This document shows, piece after piece, positions 1-10,397 of a stretch of DNA of 49,329 nucleotides (the first letter of the stretch is position 1; each line of letters starts with the position of its first letter). Position numbers and translations under genes: made by a program. This stretch comes from an uncultured delta proteobacterium (GTDB lineage: Bacteria; Myxococcota_A; Polyangia; Haliangiales; Haliangiaceae), in the NCBI GenBank assembly GCA_963772655.1, contig CAVYYE010000009.1, forward strand, positions 278,343 through 327,671, read 5' to 3'. The notes beneath the pieces are model-generated. The model saw only the letters and a program-made list of their open reading frames with translations, had not been told where the DNA came from and made no database searches.

Positions 1-6
1 CGTCGG

Positions 7-609
7 TCACAACCAGCCGAGCTTGCCGCCGAACATCAGGTACGGCGTACTTCCGTGGAGGATCTCGCCACCGGGGCCCTCGAGACGGAACACGTCGAGG
101 CCGACGTCGACGTAGTAGCCGAGCACCCACAGATCGCCCTCGAGCGTGGCGCCGCCGCCGAGCCCCGGTCCCCGGTAGCCGTCGATCGCGTCGGTGCCGA
201 CCACCCAGCGCGCGCCACCGTGCAACGCCACGAACACGCCCGGTCGTTCGTAGACCCCGGGCTTGTTCCAGCGCCGCAGGCTGAGCAGCCGCCACCGCTT
301 CCGCAGGTCGAGACCGACCGCGCCGAGCCCGGCGTGCGGGCGGTCTGCCTGGGCACATTCCTCGCCGTAGCAGTCGATGTAGAACAGGTCGGGAACCTCG
401 AACGCACCGAACAGCTCGACGGCATGGTCACCGCGCCGCGCGGCGAACCCGAGGTGAAACCTCGGCGCGCCAGCGTCGAACCCGGCGAGCTCGCCGCGAT
501 AGCCGCCCGCGCCGAGCGCCTCGTCGAGGTAGTAGCCGTCGTCCGCACGCGCGGTCCCGACGGTCGCGACGATCGCGATCAGAGCTCCCACCATCACGCT
601 GTTGCGCAT
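7..609 (-). CDS. hypothetical secreted beta-rich protein with signal peptide (possible outer-membrane beta-barrel)
   Basis: ORF 7..918 trimmed to the Met at 609 (MRNSVMVGALIAIVATVGTARA signal-like N-terminus). Alternating aromatic/Gly-rich body, ends GGKLGWL. The 5' third of the long ORF is Arg-rich junk. Confidence 0.4.
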   Translation of the reverse strand: MRNSVMVGALIAIVATVGTARADDGYYLDEALGAGGYRGELAGFDAGAPRFHLGFAARRGDHAVELFGAFEVPDLFYIDCYGEECAQADRPHAGLGAVGLDLRKRWRLLSLRRWNKPGVYERPGVFVALHGGARWVVGTDAIDGYRGPGLGGGATLEGDLWVLGYYVDVGLDVFRLEGPGGEILHGSTPYLMFGGKLGWL

Positions 610-743
610 TCTCTTGCATCGCATCCGCGGGATGCGCTGCGAAATCCCGCAGTGCTGGCGGTCGCTCGCACACCGCGCCCTGCAGATCGCGGCGTCGACT
701 CCGCAGTCGATGTCGCACGCCACACGAAGCCCGAGGGCCGTCG

Positions 744-1016
744 CTACGTGGGCTCTGGCTTCTTCGTCTCGTGGCCCGCGCGACCCGCGCGCCACTCCGC
801 GAACCGTTTGCGAAGCTCGTCGCTGACATCCTCGGGCATCACGGCATCGTCGGGTACGTGGCCGAGCGCCGCGACGGTCGTCTTCATCTGCCGCAGGTAG
901 GCGCGACAGTGCTTGCACATGCCGAGGTGCATCTGGAACCGCATGCGCTCGGTCAAGCTCATCCGACCTTCGAGGTAGTCGGTCACGAGCTCGGTGATCT
1001 CTTTGCAGGTCAGCAT
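744..1016 (-). CDS. anti-sigma factor, zinc-finger (zf-HC2 / ChrR-RsrA type)
   Basis: 90 aa with HLGMCKHC (HxxxCxxC) motif. Starts 1 nt after the stop of the upstream ECF sigma gene (translational coupling). Confidence 0.75.
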   Translation of the reverse strand: MLTCKEITELVTDYLEGRMSLTERMRFQMHLGMCKHCRAYLRQMKTTVAALGHVPDDAVMPEDVSDELRKRFAEWRAGRAGHETKKPEPT

Positions 1017-1637
1017 CTACGGTTTCTTGAAGTGCAACTCGAGCCGGGCACGCAGCCGGGACCGAGCACGGTGGAGTAGCACCCGTTGGTTGGTCTCGTT
1101 GAGCTCGAGAACGTTACAGACCTCCTCGGAGGTCCAGCCCAGGGTATCGCGAAGCACCACGACGATCCGCTGTCTTTCGGGCAGTTGCCGGAGCTCCTCG
1201 TCGAGGATCGCCATCGCCTCCTGGTTTCCTACCAGCCGTTCGGGCGTCTCGTCTCCCCACCGGGTCGGTGGGGCACTCCACTTGCCCTTGTCGTTGAACC
1301 GATCGGGCTCGACAGCGGCTCCGCTTTCCCCCTCGGCATCGCCCATCGCGGAGAACGGAAGCGACCGCGCCTCCCGCACGCCTTTGGTCTTCGCGCGGTT
1401 CACGAGGATCCGCGAGATCCAGGTCACCAGCGACGAGCGCTCCTCGAACGCGTCGAGGCGATCGAGGACGGCGACCCAGGTGTCCTGCACGACCTCCTCG
1501 GCGGAGGCCTCGGTCGAAACGAACATCCGGGCGAGGCGCACGAGTCGACCGTGGTGGCGGCGAACGAGCGCGTCGAAGGCGGCCGCGTCTCCGGCGCGCA
1601 GCCGAGCGAGCAGAGCCTTGTCCGTCGTGGGGTCCAT
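1017..1637 (-). CDS. ECF (sigma-70 family, RpoE-like) RNA polymerase sigma factor
   Basis: Region 2 and region 4 signatures (LVRRHHGRLVRLARMF ... QRIVVVLRDTLGWTSEEVCNVLELNETNQRVLLHRARSRLR). Start chosen at MDPTTDKALLARLRAGD; the ORF extends to 1700. Confidence 0.8.
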   Translation of the reverse strand: MDPTTDKALLARLRAGDAAAFDALVRRHHGRLVRLARMFVSTEASAEEVVQDTWVAVLDRLDAFEERSSLVTWISRILVNRAKTKGVREARSLPFSAMGDAEGESGAAVEPDRFNDKGKWSAPPTRWGDETPERLVGNQEAMAILDEELRQLPERQRIVVVLRDTLGWTSEEVCNVLELNETNQRVLLHRARSRLRARLELHFKKP

Positions 1638-1712
1638 CCGCGGCGTGGAACGTAGGTGGCCGGTCGGTGCGCGTCCAGCCCGAGTGCGCGCGATCACCAT
1701 CAGGATGTCGAG

Positions 1713-2219
1713 CTATGCGCGATGCGGCACACCGTCGATCAGGCGATCACCGTGCTTGTCGCTTGTGTCTTCGTGTTTGTGGAGGTGGGACAGCAGGTGA
1801 TCGAGCGAGGCCTTGCCGGCACCGGCGACCCCGAGCCACACGAACGCGGCCAGATAGGCAACCTCGATCGTGCTCGCGAGATCGACGATGCCGTGCAGCC
1901 GCGGCAACCGGTCCGTCAGGATCGCGACGGTCATCACGCCGATCAGGAACAGCGCGGCGATCCGCGTACCCAGCCCGAGGATCAGGGCCAGGCCGCCGAC
2001 GAATTCGACCACTCCCACGAACACGGCGTTCGCATGCGCCGCGGGAATGTGCAGCGAGGCAAAGAACTGCGTCGTGTGATCGAGATCGTGGAGCTTGGTC
2101 CAGCCGGTCATCACGAACACCACGCCGAGGGTCAACCGGACCAGCAGCGGGCCGGTCCATTCGACCCTCCGCAACAGCGATAACGAGCGATCCCGTGCCT
2201 TCTCGAGTGGTGCGAACAT
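1713..2219 (-). CDS. DoxX family membrane protein
   Basis: Four hydrophobic segments and a DoxX-like LVRLTLGVVFVMTGWTKL motif. Start at MFAPLEKARD inside ORF 1713..2351. Confidence 0.65.
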   Translation of the reverse strand: MFAPLEKARDRSLSLLRRVEWTGPLLVRLTLGVVFVMTGWTKLHDLDHTTQFFASLHIPAAHANAVFVGVVEFVGGLALILGLGTRIAALFLIGVMTVAILTDRLPRLHGIVDLASTIEVAYLAAFVWLGVAGAGKASLDHLLSHLHKHEDTSDKHGDRLIDGVPHRA

Positions 2220-2435
2220 GCGTAACGGTCTCTGCAGATCTCGATCCGTTACAGGCGACGCGATTCTTGCCTGCGAGATTCCGCTACAAGACGGTGCCGC
2301 CCTTCGTGGTGCAGACGTCCGCCGAGGCGACATAGCGGTGAGGGCGATCATGGTTCCCGCGCTCGCCGGGGATCAGGTGTTCGGCGACATGTGAAATCGC
2401 GCACGACGTGCGTCGGGACGGTCGCGCGCAGAGCG

Positions 2436-3314
2436 CTAGCCGAACCGACCGGTGATGTAGTTCTCGGTCCGCTCGTCGGAGGGGTTCGAGAAGATCTTCG
2501 AGGTCGTGTCGTACTCGACGAGCGTCCCGGTGCGCTGGTCGGTGGTCGAGTCGAGCTCCGCGGTGAAGAACGCGGTGCGATCGCTGACTCGAGCGGCCTG
2601 CTGCATGTTGTGCGTGACGATCACGATCGTGAACTGGTCCTTGAGCTGGCGCATCAGCTCCTCGATGCGCGCGGTCGCGATCGGGTCGAGCGCGCTGCAC
2701 GGTTCGTCCATCAACACGACCTCGGGCTCGACCGCGATCGTCCGGGCGATACACAGCCGCTGCTGCTGGCCGCCGGACATGCCGAGCGCCGACGATCGCA
2801 GGCGGTCCTTGACCTCGTCCCACAGCGCCGCCGCACGCAGCGACTTCTCGACGATCTCGTCGAGTCGGGACCTCTGGTGGATCCCGTTGACCCGCGGACC
2901 GAACGCGATGTTGTCGTAGATGCTCTTGGGGAACGGATTCGGCTTCTGGAACACCATGCCGATCCGGCGCCGCACCTCGACCGCCGAGACCTCGGGGGCG
3001 TAGAGGTCGATCCCGTGGTACTCGATGCGGCCGGTGACGCGCGCGCCGGGCGTGGTGTCGTGCATGCGGTTGAGGGCACGCAACATCGTGGTCTTGCCAC
3101 AGCCCGACGGTCCGATGAACGCCGTGATCTGGTGCTTGTGGATGTGCATCGACACGCCGTGAACCGCACGGAACGAGCCGTAGTAGACGGCGGCACCGTC
3201 GATCTCGAACACCAGCGGTGTCTCCGCCACGGTCGCCGGTCCGACGACCTGGAGACGCGGGTTGCTCGGGCGCATGACACGGGCTTCGGCGAGTGCGGGC
3301 ATGGGGTCCTCCAT
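2436..3314 (-). CDS. pstB: phosphate ABC transporter ATP-binding protein PstB
   Basis: Walker [13 protein letters not shown] signature [16 protein letters not shown], Walker B VVLMDEP, and a PstB-type C-terminus. 9 nt downstream of pstA. Confidence 0.9.
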   Translation of the reverse strand: MEDPMPALAEARVMRPSNPRLQVVGPATVAETPLVFEIDGAAVYYGSFRAVHGVSMHIHKHQITAFIGPSGCGKTTMLRALNRMHDTTPGARVTGRIEYHGIDLYAPEVSAVEVRRRIGMVFQKPNPFPKSIYDNIAFGPRVNGIHQRSRLDEIVEKSLRAAALWDEVKDRLRSSALGMSGGQQQRLCIARTIAVEPEVVLMDEPCSALDPIATARIEELMRQLKDQFTIVIVTHNMQQAARVSDRTAFFTAELDSTTDQRTGTLVEYDTTSKIFSNPSDERTENYITGRFG

Positions 3315-3325
3315 CGAGATCACGG

Positions 3326-4222
3326 TCACCTCTTGAGAGCGAACCGCGACGTGAACACGCGGGCTGCGAGAGTCATCAGGAACGTGAGCGCCACCAGGGT
3401 GAGCGCGGCCCCCCACGCGCGGGCTTCCGCGGCGGGGAACGCGAGATCGCTGTTGAAGATCTGCAGCGACAGGGCCGTGTTGGCCTCCTCGAACAAGTGC
3501 GGATTGAATGCCTTCGCGGCACCGACGGCGAACAGCAGCGGTGCGGTCTCGCCCGCGGCACGGGCGATCGCGAGCAGCGCACCCGAGACGATGCCCGGCA
3601 GCGCCGCGGGAAGCACGACCGTCAGGATCGTTCGCGCCTTCGACGCCCCGAGCGCATACGACGCCTCGCGGAGCTGCGTCGGCACCAGCCGCAGCATCTG
3701 CTCGGTCGAGCCGATGATCACCGGCAGCATCAGACACGCGAGGGCGAGCGCACCACCGAAGGCCGAGTAGCCGAAGCGCATCGTCCACATCACGTAGACG
3801 AACAAGCCCATCACGATCGACGGCACGCCCGTCATCACCATCGCCATGAACCGCACCGCGCGCGCGAACTTGCTCTCTCCGCCGTACTCGTGGAGGTAGA
3901 CCGCACCGAGGACGCCGACCGGAACCGCGATCGCGCTCGCCGCGAACGTCACGAGCAGCGTGCCGAGGATCGCCGGGCCCATGCCGGGACCCGAGCGTCG
4001 CGAGATCGCCGGAATCTCCTTGGTGAAGAAGTCGGGGAACCCGTGGATCGCGACTCCGATGCCGCGCGAGATCACCGTGCCGATCACCGCGATCAGCGGG
4101 ATCGCGATCGCGATGATCGCGAGCACCATCAGCCCGGTCATCGCCATGCTCTTGCACGACCGCCAGGTCATGCGCCGACGGAGATCGTCGGGAGTCATCG
4201 GTTGTCCGGCCGGGCTCGTCAT
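3326..4222 (-). CDS. pstA: phosphate ABC transporter permease PstA
   Basis: Six TM segments and an EAA-like loop. The ATG overlaps the pstC stop (ATGA). Confidence 0.85.
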   Translation of the reverse strand: MTSPAGQPMTPDDLRRRMTWRSCKSMAMTGLMVLAIIAIAIPLIAVIGTVISRGIGVAIHGFPDFFTKEIPAISRRSGPGMGPAILGTLLVTFAASAIAVPVGVLGAVYLHEYGGESKFARAVRFMAMVMTGVPSIVMGLFVYVMWTMRFGYSAFGGALALACLMLPVIIGSTEQMLRLVPTQLREASYALGASKARTILTVVLPAALPGIVSGALLAIARAAGETAPLLFAVGAAKAFNPHLFEEANTALSLQIFNSDLAFPAAEARAWGAALTLVALTFLMTLAARVFTSRFALKR

Positions 4223-5091
4223 GCGTGCCTCTTCGAGCGCTGCACGACCCAGGTCGCGGCCAGGTTGACGAGGATCGTGATCAGGAACAACAGCACCGCC
4301 AGCGCGATCAGCGCCGACTTGTGGAGATCGTCGGCCTCGCCGAACTCGTTGGCGATCACGGCCGGCATCGAGTTGCCCGCGGCGAACGGATCGAGCGTGA
4401 TCTGACCGAGCGCGGAACCGATCACGAGGGCCACGGCGATGGTCTCGCCCATCGCACGGCCGAGGCCGAGCATCACGGCGCCGACCAGGCCGCTCGCGCT
4501 GTGCGGCAACACCGTCGCGCGGATCATCTCCCAGCGCGTGGCGCCGAGCGCGAGCGCACCTTCCTTGTCGGTGACCGGCGTGGTCTCGATGACCTCGCGC
4601 GACAGCGACGTGATGATCGGGGTGATCATGATCGCGAGGATCACGCCGGCGGTCGCGAACGACCGCCCGAACCCGAAGTGCTGCGACAGCACCAACACGC
4701 CCCACAGCCCCCACACGACCGACGGCACCACGGCACACAGGTCGATCATGTAGACGAGGGGTTTCTTGAGCCACGGCGGCGCGACCTGGGTGGTGAACAG
4801 CGCCACGCCGAGGCTGACCGGCACGGCGAACAGCAGTGCGATGGCCGCGGTGTAGAGCGTGCCGAACACGAACGCGAGCGCGCCGAAGTGGTGGTCGGCC
4901 TCCGCCCACCGGCTCGAGCCCAGGAAGTCGAAGCCCATCTCGCGCAGCACCGGCAGCGAGCGCTTGGTCATCGTGACCGCGATCAGCCCCAGGATCACGA
5001 GCACCAATGCGGCCGCACCGAGAGTCAGCCAGCGGAACGTGCGATCCGCCGCTTCCTGTCGACTCGAACCCTTGAGCTCGTACAGCTTCAT
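4219..5091 (-). CDS. pstC: phosphate ABC transporter permease PstC
   Basis: Polytopic permease. The start MKLYELKG lies immediately after the pstS stop; the longer ORF to 5268 is an upstream extension. Confidence 0.8.
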   Translation of the reverse strand: MKLYELKGSSRQEAADRTFRWLTLGAAALVLVILGLIAVTMTKRSLPVLREMGFDFLGSSRWAEADHHFGALAFVFGTLYTAAIALLFAVPVSLGVALFTTQVAPPWLKKPLVYMIDLCAVVPSVVWGLWGVLVLSQHFGFGRSFATAGVILAIMITPIITSLSREVIETTPVTDKEGALALGATRWEMIRATVLPHSASGLVGAVMLGLGRAMGETIAVALVIGSALGQITLDPFAAGNSMPAVIANEFGEADDLHKSALIALAVLLFLITILVNLAATWVVQRSKRHA

Positions 5092-5093
5092 GT

Positions 5094-6113
5094 TCAGGGG
5101 ACCTGGATCTTGTCGATCTTGGCGAGCGCCTTGTCCTGCAGGCTCTTCGGGATCGGCGCGAAGTCGATCTCCGGAAGCAACGGCTGCGCCTCGGTGACGA
5201 GGAACTTGAGGTACGCCTTGACGGCTGCCCCCTTCACCTTGTCGCTCTGCTTGACGTACGCCAGACACCAGCTCTGGGCGGTGATCGGATAGGCGTCGTC
5301 GCCCGTGGCATCGAGCGCACTGAAGATCAGGTCGTCGCCGACCTTGATGCCATCACCCGCGGCCGTCACGCTCTTGGCGTCCGGCAGCGTGTACTTGCCG
5401 TTGCGGTTCTTGATCGCGGCGAACACGAGCTTGCTGCCGCGCGCGTCCGACAGGTCGACGTAGCCGACCGCGCCCTTGGTGGACTTCACGATCTGCGCGA
5501 CGCCGCCATTGCCGTTGCCGGCCTGGGTGTCGGCGGCCCACACCACGGTCGCACCGCTGTGAAGCTTCCAGTCGCCCCCCGACGCCATGTCGAGGTACTT
5601 GGTGAAGTTCTCCGTCGTACCGGAGCCGTCCGACCGTCGCGCGACCACGATCTCGAGGTCGGGCATCGTGACTCCCGGATTGTCGGCGGCGATCGCCGGA
5701 TCGTTCCAGTTCTTGATCTCGCGCTGGAAGATCTTGCTCAGCGTGTCGGGCGACAGCTGCAGCTTGTCGACGCCAGGAACGTTGTAGCTGACGGTGATCG
5801 CGCCGAGCACGTCGGGGATATAGAAGAACTCGCCCTTGACCTTCTTCACGTCCTCCGCGTTGTACGGAGCATCGCTACACGCGAAGTCGACGACCTTGTC
5901 GGCGAAGTCCTGGCGTCCCTTTCCGGAACCGCCACCGGCGTAGTTGATCTTGATGTTGGGGTTCGCCTTCGTGAACGCCTCGATCGCGACTTCTTGCGCG
6001 GCCTTCTGGAACGTCGCGCCCGACGCGTTGAGCGTCACCGACTCGGCGCCGTTCGAGGACGCCTTCTTTCCGCACCCGACGAGCCCGATCAATAGGAGCC
6101 AATGCAGCTTCAT
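5094..6113 (-). CDS. pstS: phosphate-binding lipoprotein PstS
   Basis: Lipobox LVGCG after a signal peptide. PBP-type phosphate-binding fold motifs (SGATFQ, GSGKG). Confidence 0.85.
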   Translation of the reverse strand: MKLHWLLLIGLVGCGKKASSNGAESVTLNASGATFQKAAQEVAIEAFTKANPNIKINYAGGGSGKGRQDFADKVVDFACSDAPYNAEDVKKVKGEFFYIPDVLGAITVSYNVPGVDKLQLSPDTLSKIFQREIKNWNDPAIAADNPGVTMPDLEIVVARRSDGSGTTENFTKYLDMASGGDWKLHSGATVVWAADTQAGNGNGGVAQIVKSTKGAVGYVDLSDARGSKLVFAAIKNRNGKYTLPDAKSVTAAGDGIKVGDDLIFSALDATGDDAYPITAQSWCLAYVKQSDKVKGAAVKAYLKFLVTEAQPLLPEIDFAPIPKSLQDKALAKIDKIQVP

Positions 6114-6160
6114 GTGCCCGCAACCCTAGCCACCTCAAATGGCGCATCGGCAAAACCAAT

Positions 6161-6178
6161 GTGGCGGGACGGTGACGG
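6161..6178 (-). promoter_or_regulatory. Pho-box-like direct repeat upstream of pstS (CCGTCAC-CGTC-CCGCCAC on the minus strand)
   Basis: Two 7-bp repeats with 11-bp periodicity, resembling the E. coli Pho box CTGTCAT-N4-CTGTCAC. Ends 48 bp upstream of the pstS ATG. Confidence 0.4.
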
Positions 6179-6224
6179 TCCGGAGATCGCCTTGCGATGC
6201 CACTTTGGCTGACGGAAGGTTCGC

Positions 6225-6942
6225 CTAGTTGGACGTGGGAATCGGTCGATGCCTGAGATCGGTGGCACGGACCATGTAAATGACCTCTTCGGCGAGGTTC
6301 TTGACGTGGTCTCCGATCCGTTCGAGGTAGCGGCAGACCGAGGTCAGCGGGAGTACCCGGGTCACCGCCGCGGGATCGGTCGCCACGTGAGCGATCAACT
6401 CCGCGAATAGGCTGGCATTGAGTCTGTCGATCTCGGCGTCCGCCGTGATCACCGCGGTCGCGCCGTCGGCATCGCGCTTGACGAAGCTATCGAGCACTGC
6501 CTGAAGGTTGTTCTGCACCAGCTGCGCGAGGTGCGGAAGGTCGACCTGGGGTTCGGTGCCCGGCAACCCGTTGATCTCGATCGCTCGTTTGGCGATCCCG
6601 GCGGCCAGATCTCCGATCCGTTCGAGGTCGACCACGAACTTGAGCGACATCGTGATGAACCGGAGATCGCTCGCGACCGGTTGACGGGTTGCCAGGATCT
6701 GGAGCGCGAGCTCGTCGACCTCGTTCTCGTCGAGATCGATCAGCTCGTCGGCCTTGATCACTTCTTGTGCGAGTGCATCGTCGCGGTTGGACAACGCCTT
6801 CATCGCATCGGCGATCTGCTTGCGCGGCGCGCTCGCCCATCGTGGCGAGGCGCTCGCGTAGCGTGCGCAGCTCCTGTTCGAAGTCTCGGCTGGTGTGGGC
6901 GGTCGTCACGAACCCCGGTTGTACTCGACAATTCGAAACCAT
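6225..6942 (-). pseudogene. phoU: phosphate uptake regulator PhoU, interrupted by a +1 frameshift near 6826-6836
   Basis: The N-terminal frame (HTSRDFEQELRTLRERLATMGERA) and the C-terminal frame (KQIADAMKALSNRDDALAQEV...) align without gaps to E. coli PhoU once one base in GCGCCGCGCAAG is removed. Confidence 0.7.
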
Positions 6943-6949
6943 CGCAGTG

Positions 6950-6967
6950 CCGTCACAGCAGCGTCAC
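6950..6967 (+). promoter_or_regulatory. Pho-box-like direct repeat in the phoU / porin divergent region (CCGTCAC-AGCA-GCGTCAC)
   Basis: Same 7+4+7 architecture. Lies 26 bp upstream of the porin start and 8 bp upstream of phoU. Confidence 0.4.
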
Positions 6968-6992
6968 CTCGGTCCTTTTACTTGAGAGAGGT

Positions 6993-8229
6993 ATGACAAA
7001 GACCACTCGCGATCGTCACGCTCGCGGCACTTACCGGGGTGGTTTCGGCTCAGCCCGCGCCATCCGAGCCCGCGCCGCCGGCATCACCGACCACCGCACC
7101 CAACGGCGCCACCCCCCACGACCCCGGTCGCCCCGGTCGCCGAACCCGCCCCGGTCCCCGTGACCGAGCCGGCACCGGTTCCCATCGCCGAGCCACCGCC
7201 CGCGTCCACCGAACCGCCGCCCGACAAGCTTCACGTCGGCGAAGAAGGACTGTGGCAACCGGGACTGCTCGCCCAGGGTTGGTTCCTCGTCGACAACACC
7301 GGTGGCACCACGCCGCTGTCGACGTTCCGGTTGCGTCGGGCCGAGCTCGCGGTGAAGGGCGAGATCCTCCCGAAGCGCGTCTCGTACAAGGTGATGATCG
7401 ATCCGACCAAGGTGCGCGAGACCACCAAGGTCACGGTGGCCGGGCCACCCGATGCGATGGGCAACCCGACGACGGTCGACATCAACAACCCGACGAGCGC
7501 GATCTCGGCGCTCCAGGACTTCTACATCACCGGCAAGCTCGGCTTCGGCGAGCTCTCGGTCGGGCAATTCAAGATCCCGGTGAGCTGGGAGGGCTACAAC
7601 TCGTCGTCCAAGCTGATCATGCCGGAGCGCGCTGCGGTCTCGAAGACATACGGTGACAAGCGCGACCTCGGACTGCGCCTGACCAAGAAGTTTCCGAAGT
7701 GGGGCTACTCGGCGGGGCTGTTCAACGGCTCCGGGCTCAACAAGCTCGACAACAACAACCAGAAGGACGTCGCGCTCCGTCTCGAGGCGTATCCGGTTGC
7801 CGGGCTCACGCGTCGCGGGCGTGACCTACGACTCGCTCGGCTATCGCACGCGCGCCGGCACCAAGGATCGCTGGGAGGCCGACGTGCGCTACGAGCACGG
7901 TCCCTATCTCGCCCAGGCCGAGTTCATCCGCGCGCGCGACATCGCCGCTGATGGAGCCGACGCGGTGTCCGGCCAAGGTACCTACCTCGCCCTCGCCTAC
8001 ACGCTCGAGGATCCCGTCACTGCATGGAGACCTCCAGCCGGTGATCCGGATCGGATACTTCGACGGCGATGTCGACGTCAGCGACGACGAGCTCAGGCAG
8101 TACGACATCGGGGTCAACTACTACCTCAAGGGTCACGAGATGAAGTTGCAGGCGAGCTACTCGCGGCAGGACTTCGCCGCCGGCACCGACGTCAACGAGA
8201 TCATCCTCGCGACGCAGGTCGAGTACTGA
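6993..8229 (+). pseudogene. phosphate-selective porin O/P family (OprO/OprP-like), split over five frames by four +1 homopolymer insertions
   Basis: The signal peptide is restored (MTRPLAIVTLAALTGVVSAQ) if AAA at 6998-7000 is AA. It is followed by a Pro/Ala-rich linker and a porin body (RAELAVKG..QFKIPVSWEG..) ending ...YDIGVNYYLKGHEMKLQASYSRQDF..ATQVEY. Frames shift at A3 ~6999, C6 ~7105, G3 ~7805 and C3 ~8016. Confidence 0.65.
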
Positions 8230-8346
8230 GACACACACGGCGCACACGCACTCACGCAGTTATCGAACCGGTCGAACTTCCACGGAGTGCACGATTGGGA
8301 TCCTGCGTGCAGAGTTTGTGCAACGTTGGGACGCGGAGATCGACGT

Positions 8347-8364
8347 GTGACGGTTTCGTGACGG
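8347..8364 (+). promoter_or_regulatory. Pho-box-like direct repeat (GTGACGG-TTTC-GTGACGG) upstream of the second porin
   Basis: A perfect 7-bp direct repeat with a 4-bp spacer, 34 bp upstream of the TTG start. It is in inverse orientation relative to the other two boxes. Confidence 0.4.
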
Positions 8365-8397
8365 CTAGTTGTCTCGGTTGAAACGGTGGCATGAGGG

Positions 8398-9656
8398 TTG
8401 AACGAACGAGGAACCCTGCGGAGGTTCCTCGTTCTCGTCAGCATCCTCGCGATCCACCACGCACATGTGGCATTCGCCGACTCACCCAATGCGGGCGTGC
8501 CGGACGAAACGAATGACCCTTCTCGTCCGGCGGACACGGCGAGCGCGGACCACACCGCGAACGATTCCGTGGAGGCCGATCACGAAGCGAAGAAGAAAGC
8601 CAAGAAGCACGAGCACGAGCACAAGGCGAGAAGAAGAAGAAGAAGAAGATCGATTTTCGGGGAGAGGTGTTCGTTCGCGGGGCGATCGAAAAAGCCGAAG
8701 GAGATCCGGACCCGGTCGCACAAGGCTCCGTGAACCGCGCGCGCGCGAAGGCAAAGTACCGCTCGCACCAGCTCCGCGCCGAGATCGAAGTCGAGTTTGC
8801 CGGCAAGGCTCGGCTCAAGAACGCGTACGCCGACCTGCGCCTGTACGACGCCGGCACGAAAGTGGACGTGAAGGTGGGGAACTTCAAGGTTCCGTTCTCC
8901 GCGATCCAGCTCGATTCGCTTTGGACGTTGCCGCTGGCCGATCGCGGCTTGCTCGACAACGTGATCGTCAATCGTCTCCAGCTCGCCGGGCGCGAGGTCG
9001 GCGCGATGATCGACATCGAAGGCGCAGGAGACCTGCAGCCCGAGCTGAGGGCCGGCGTGTTTCAGGGGACCGACGACGCCGGGAACCCGCTCGCCGTGGC
9101 GGCGAGCGATCGCTTCGGCCAGAACGCGATCGTCCGGTTATCGCTCCGTCCGGCACATGGGCTCGAGCTCGGGGCCTCGGCCAGCGCCCGCGTCGGCGCC
9201 AAGATCGAACTGCCACTCGTCGTCCGTCGTGGTTACGCGAGCGAGCTCGACGTAACACTCGACGTGCCCGCGGGACCGGGCCAGCTTCGGGCGTGGCTCG
9301 AAGCCATGGTGGGCACGTCGTGGATTGTCGGCGGGACGGATCCCTCGCACGAGCTCACGCGGTTCACCGAGGCTCGCGGCATCGCCGCGTGGCGCTTCGG
9401 CCGGCGCGAGCGCCGGGCACGATTCTTCGAGATCTACTTTCTCGCCGGAGCGCTCGACCCGGACCGCACGTTCACCGGCGATCGCGTCCTCGAGCTCACC
9501 GGCGGCATCACCTACGGCGCGAACGACGTCTGGTCGATCCAGGCCGAGGCCGAGGTGTGGCGGATCGGCGACCAGGCGCCGCTCGGGATCGCGGAGTTCG
9601 CGGTCGCACCCTCGGACACCACCAACTTCCTTCTCCAGCTCGGGGCTCGTTTCTAA
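8398..9656 (+). pseudogene. second porin O/P-like outer-membrane protein, with a -1 frameshift near 8626-8630
   Basis: Signal peptide MNERGTLRRFLVLVSILAIHHAHVAFA and a His/Lys/Glu-rich segment (frame 1). The body (RAEIEVEF..NFKVPFS..LQLGARF, C-terminal Phe) is in frame 0. An (AAG)7 run lies at 8629-8649. Confidence 0.5.
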
Positions 9657-9669
9657 CCAGGAGACTCGT

Positions 9670-10383
9670 ATGACACGGCATGGTTTCGCTTTGTTGTTCT
9701 CGCTCGCGTTCGTGATGCCCGCGTGTGGCGGCTCGAGCTCGGGTGGTGGGGGTGACCCCGACGCACCGATCGCGCCCGGTGACCTGGCGACGCGCTACGA
9801 ACCGTGGGACGTGGGCGCCGTGTGGTCGTACAAGCTCACGGACCCCAAGGGACAGATGCCCGACGCGATGAACAAGCTCACCACGATCATGCCGGAGCAG
9901 GATGTTGGTGGGGTTCACGCCGGCACGATGGCGTTCCTCGTTCACGTCGAGCAGCTCAACGGAACCAAGGACGTGTTCGAGAACCTCGTGGGTGACCTCG
10001 ACGTGCGCTACCAGACGACCTTCCACGACCTCAACGGGAACATCACGACGACGGACGTCGACCAGCCGTTCCGGCTCAAGCTCGACGAGAGCGTCGAGCA
10101 CACCACTCCGGGCGCGCAGTGGTCGACGACGTTCACCGAGACGTCCACGTCACCCGGCAAGGCGCCAAGCACGAAGACGAAGACCGAGCAGTGGCGGGTG
10201 ATCGCGAACGACGAGCAGATCACCGTGATCGCCGGAACGTTCACGGCACTCCACATCCAGCGGACGAGCTCGAGCGGCACCGTGCAGGACTACTGGTACG
10301 TGGCGGGCGTCGGCAAGGTGAAGGAGACCGGTAGCGGCGCCCAAGACGAGGAGCTCATGTCCTTCACGCCACCGGCGAGCTGA
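9670..10383 (+). CDS. hypothetical lipoprotein
   Basis: AGGAG Shine-Dalgarno, signal peptide with lipobox VMPAC followed by a GGSSSGGGG linker. No domain recognised. Confidence 0.55.
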   Translation: MTRHGFALLFSLAFVMPACGGSSSGGGGDPDAPIAPGDLATRYEPWDVGAVWSYKLTDPKGQMPDAMNKLTTIMPEQDVGGVHAGTMAFLVHVEQLNGTKDVFENLVGDLDVRYQTTFHDLNGNITTTDVDQPFRLKLDESVEHTTPGAQWSTTFTETSTSPGKAPSTKTKTEQWRVIANDEQITVIAGTFTALHIQRTSSSGTVQDYWYVAGVGKVKETGSGAQDEELMSFTPPAS

Positions 10384-10397
10384 GAGGAGCGCACGGC

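Noticed and set aside
8398-8733. Reading 8398..8733 as a separate small secreted His/Lys-rich protein overlapping the porin 2 ORF
   Set aside because: The downstream porin body lacks its own signal peptide and start. A single-base frameshift joining the two frames gives a coherent full-length porin, so a fused pseudogene or sequencing error is more parsimonious.
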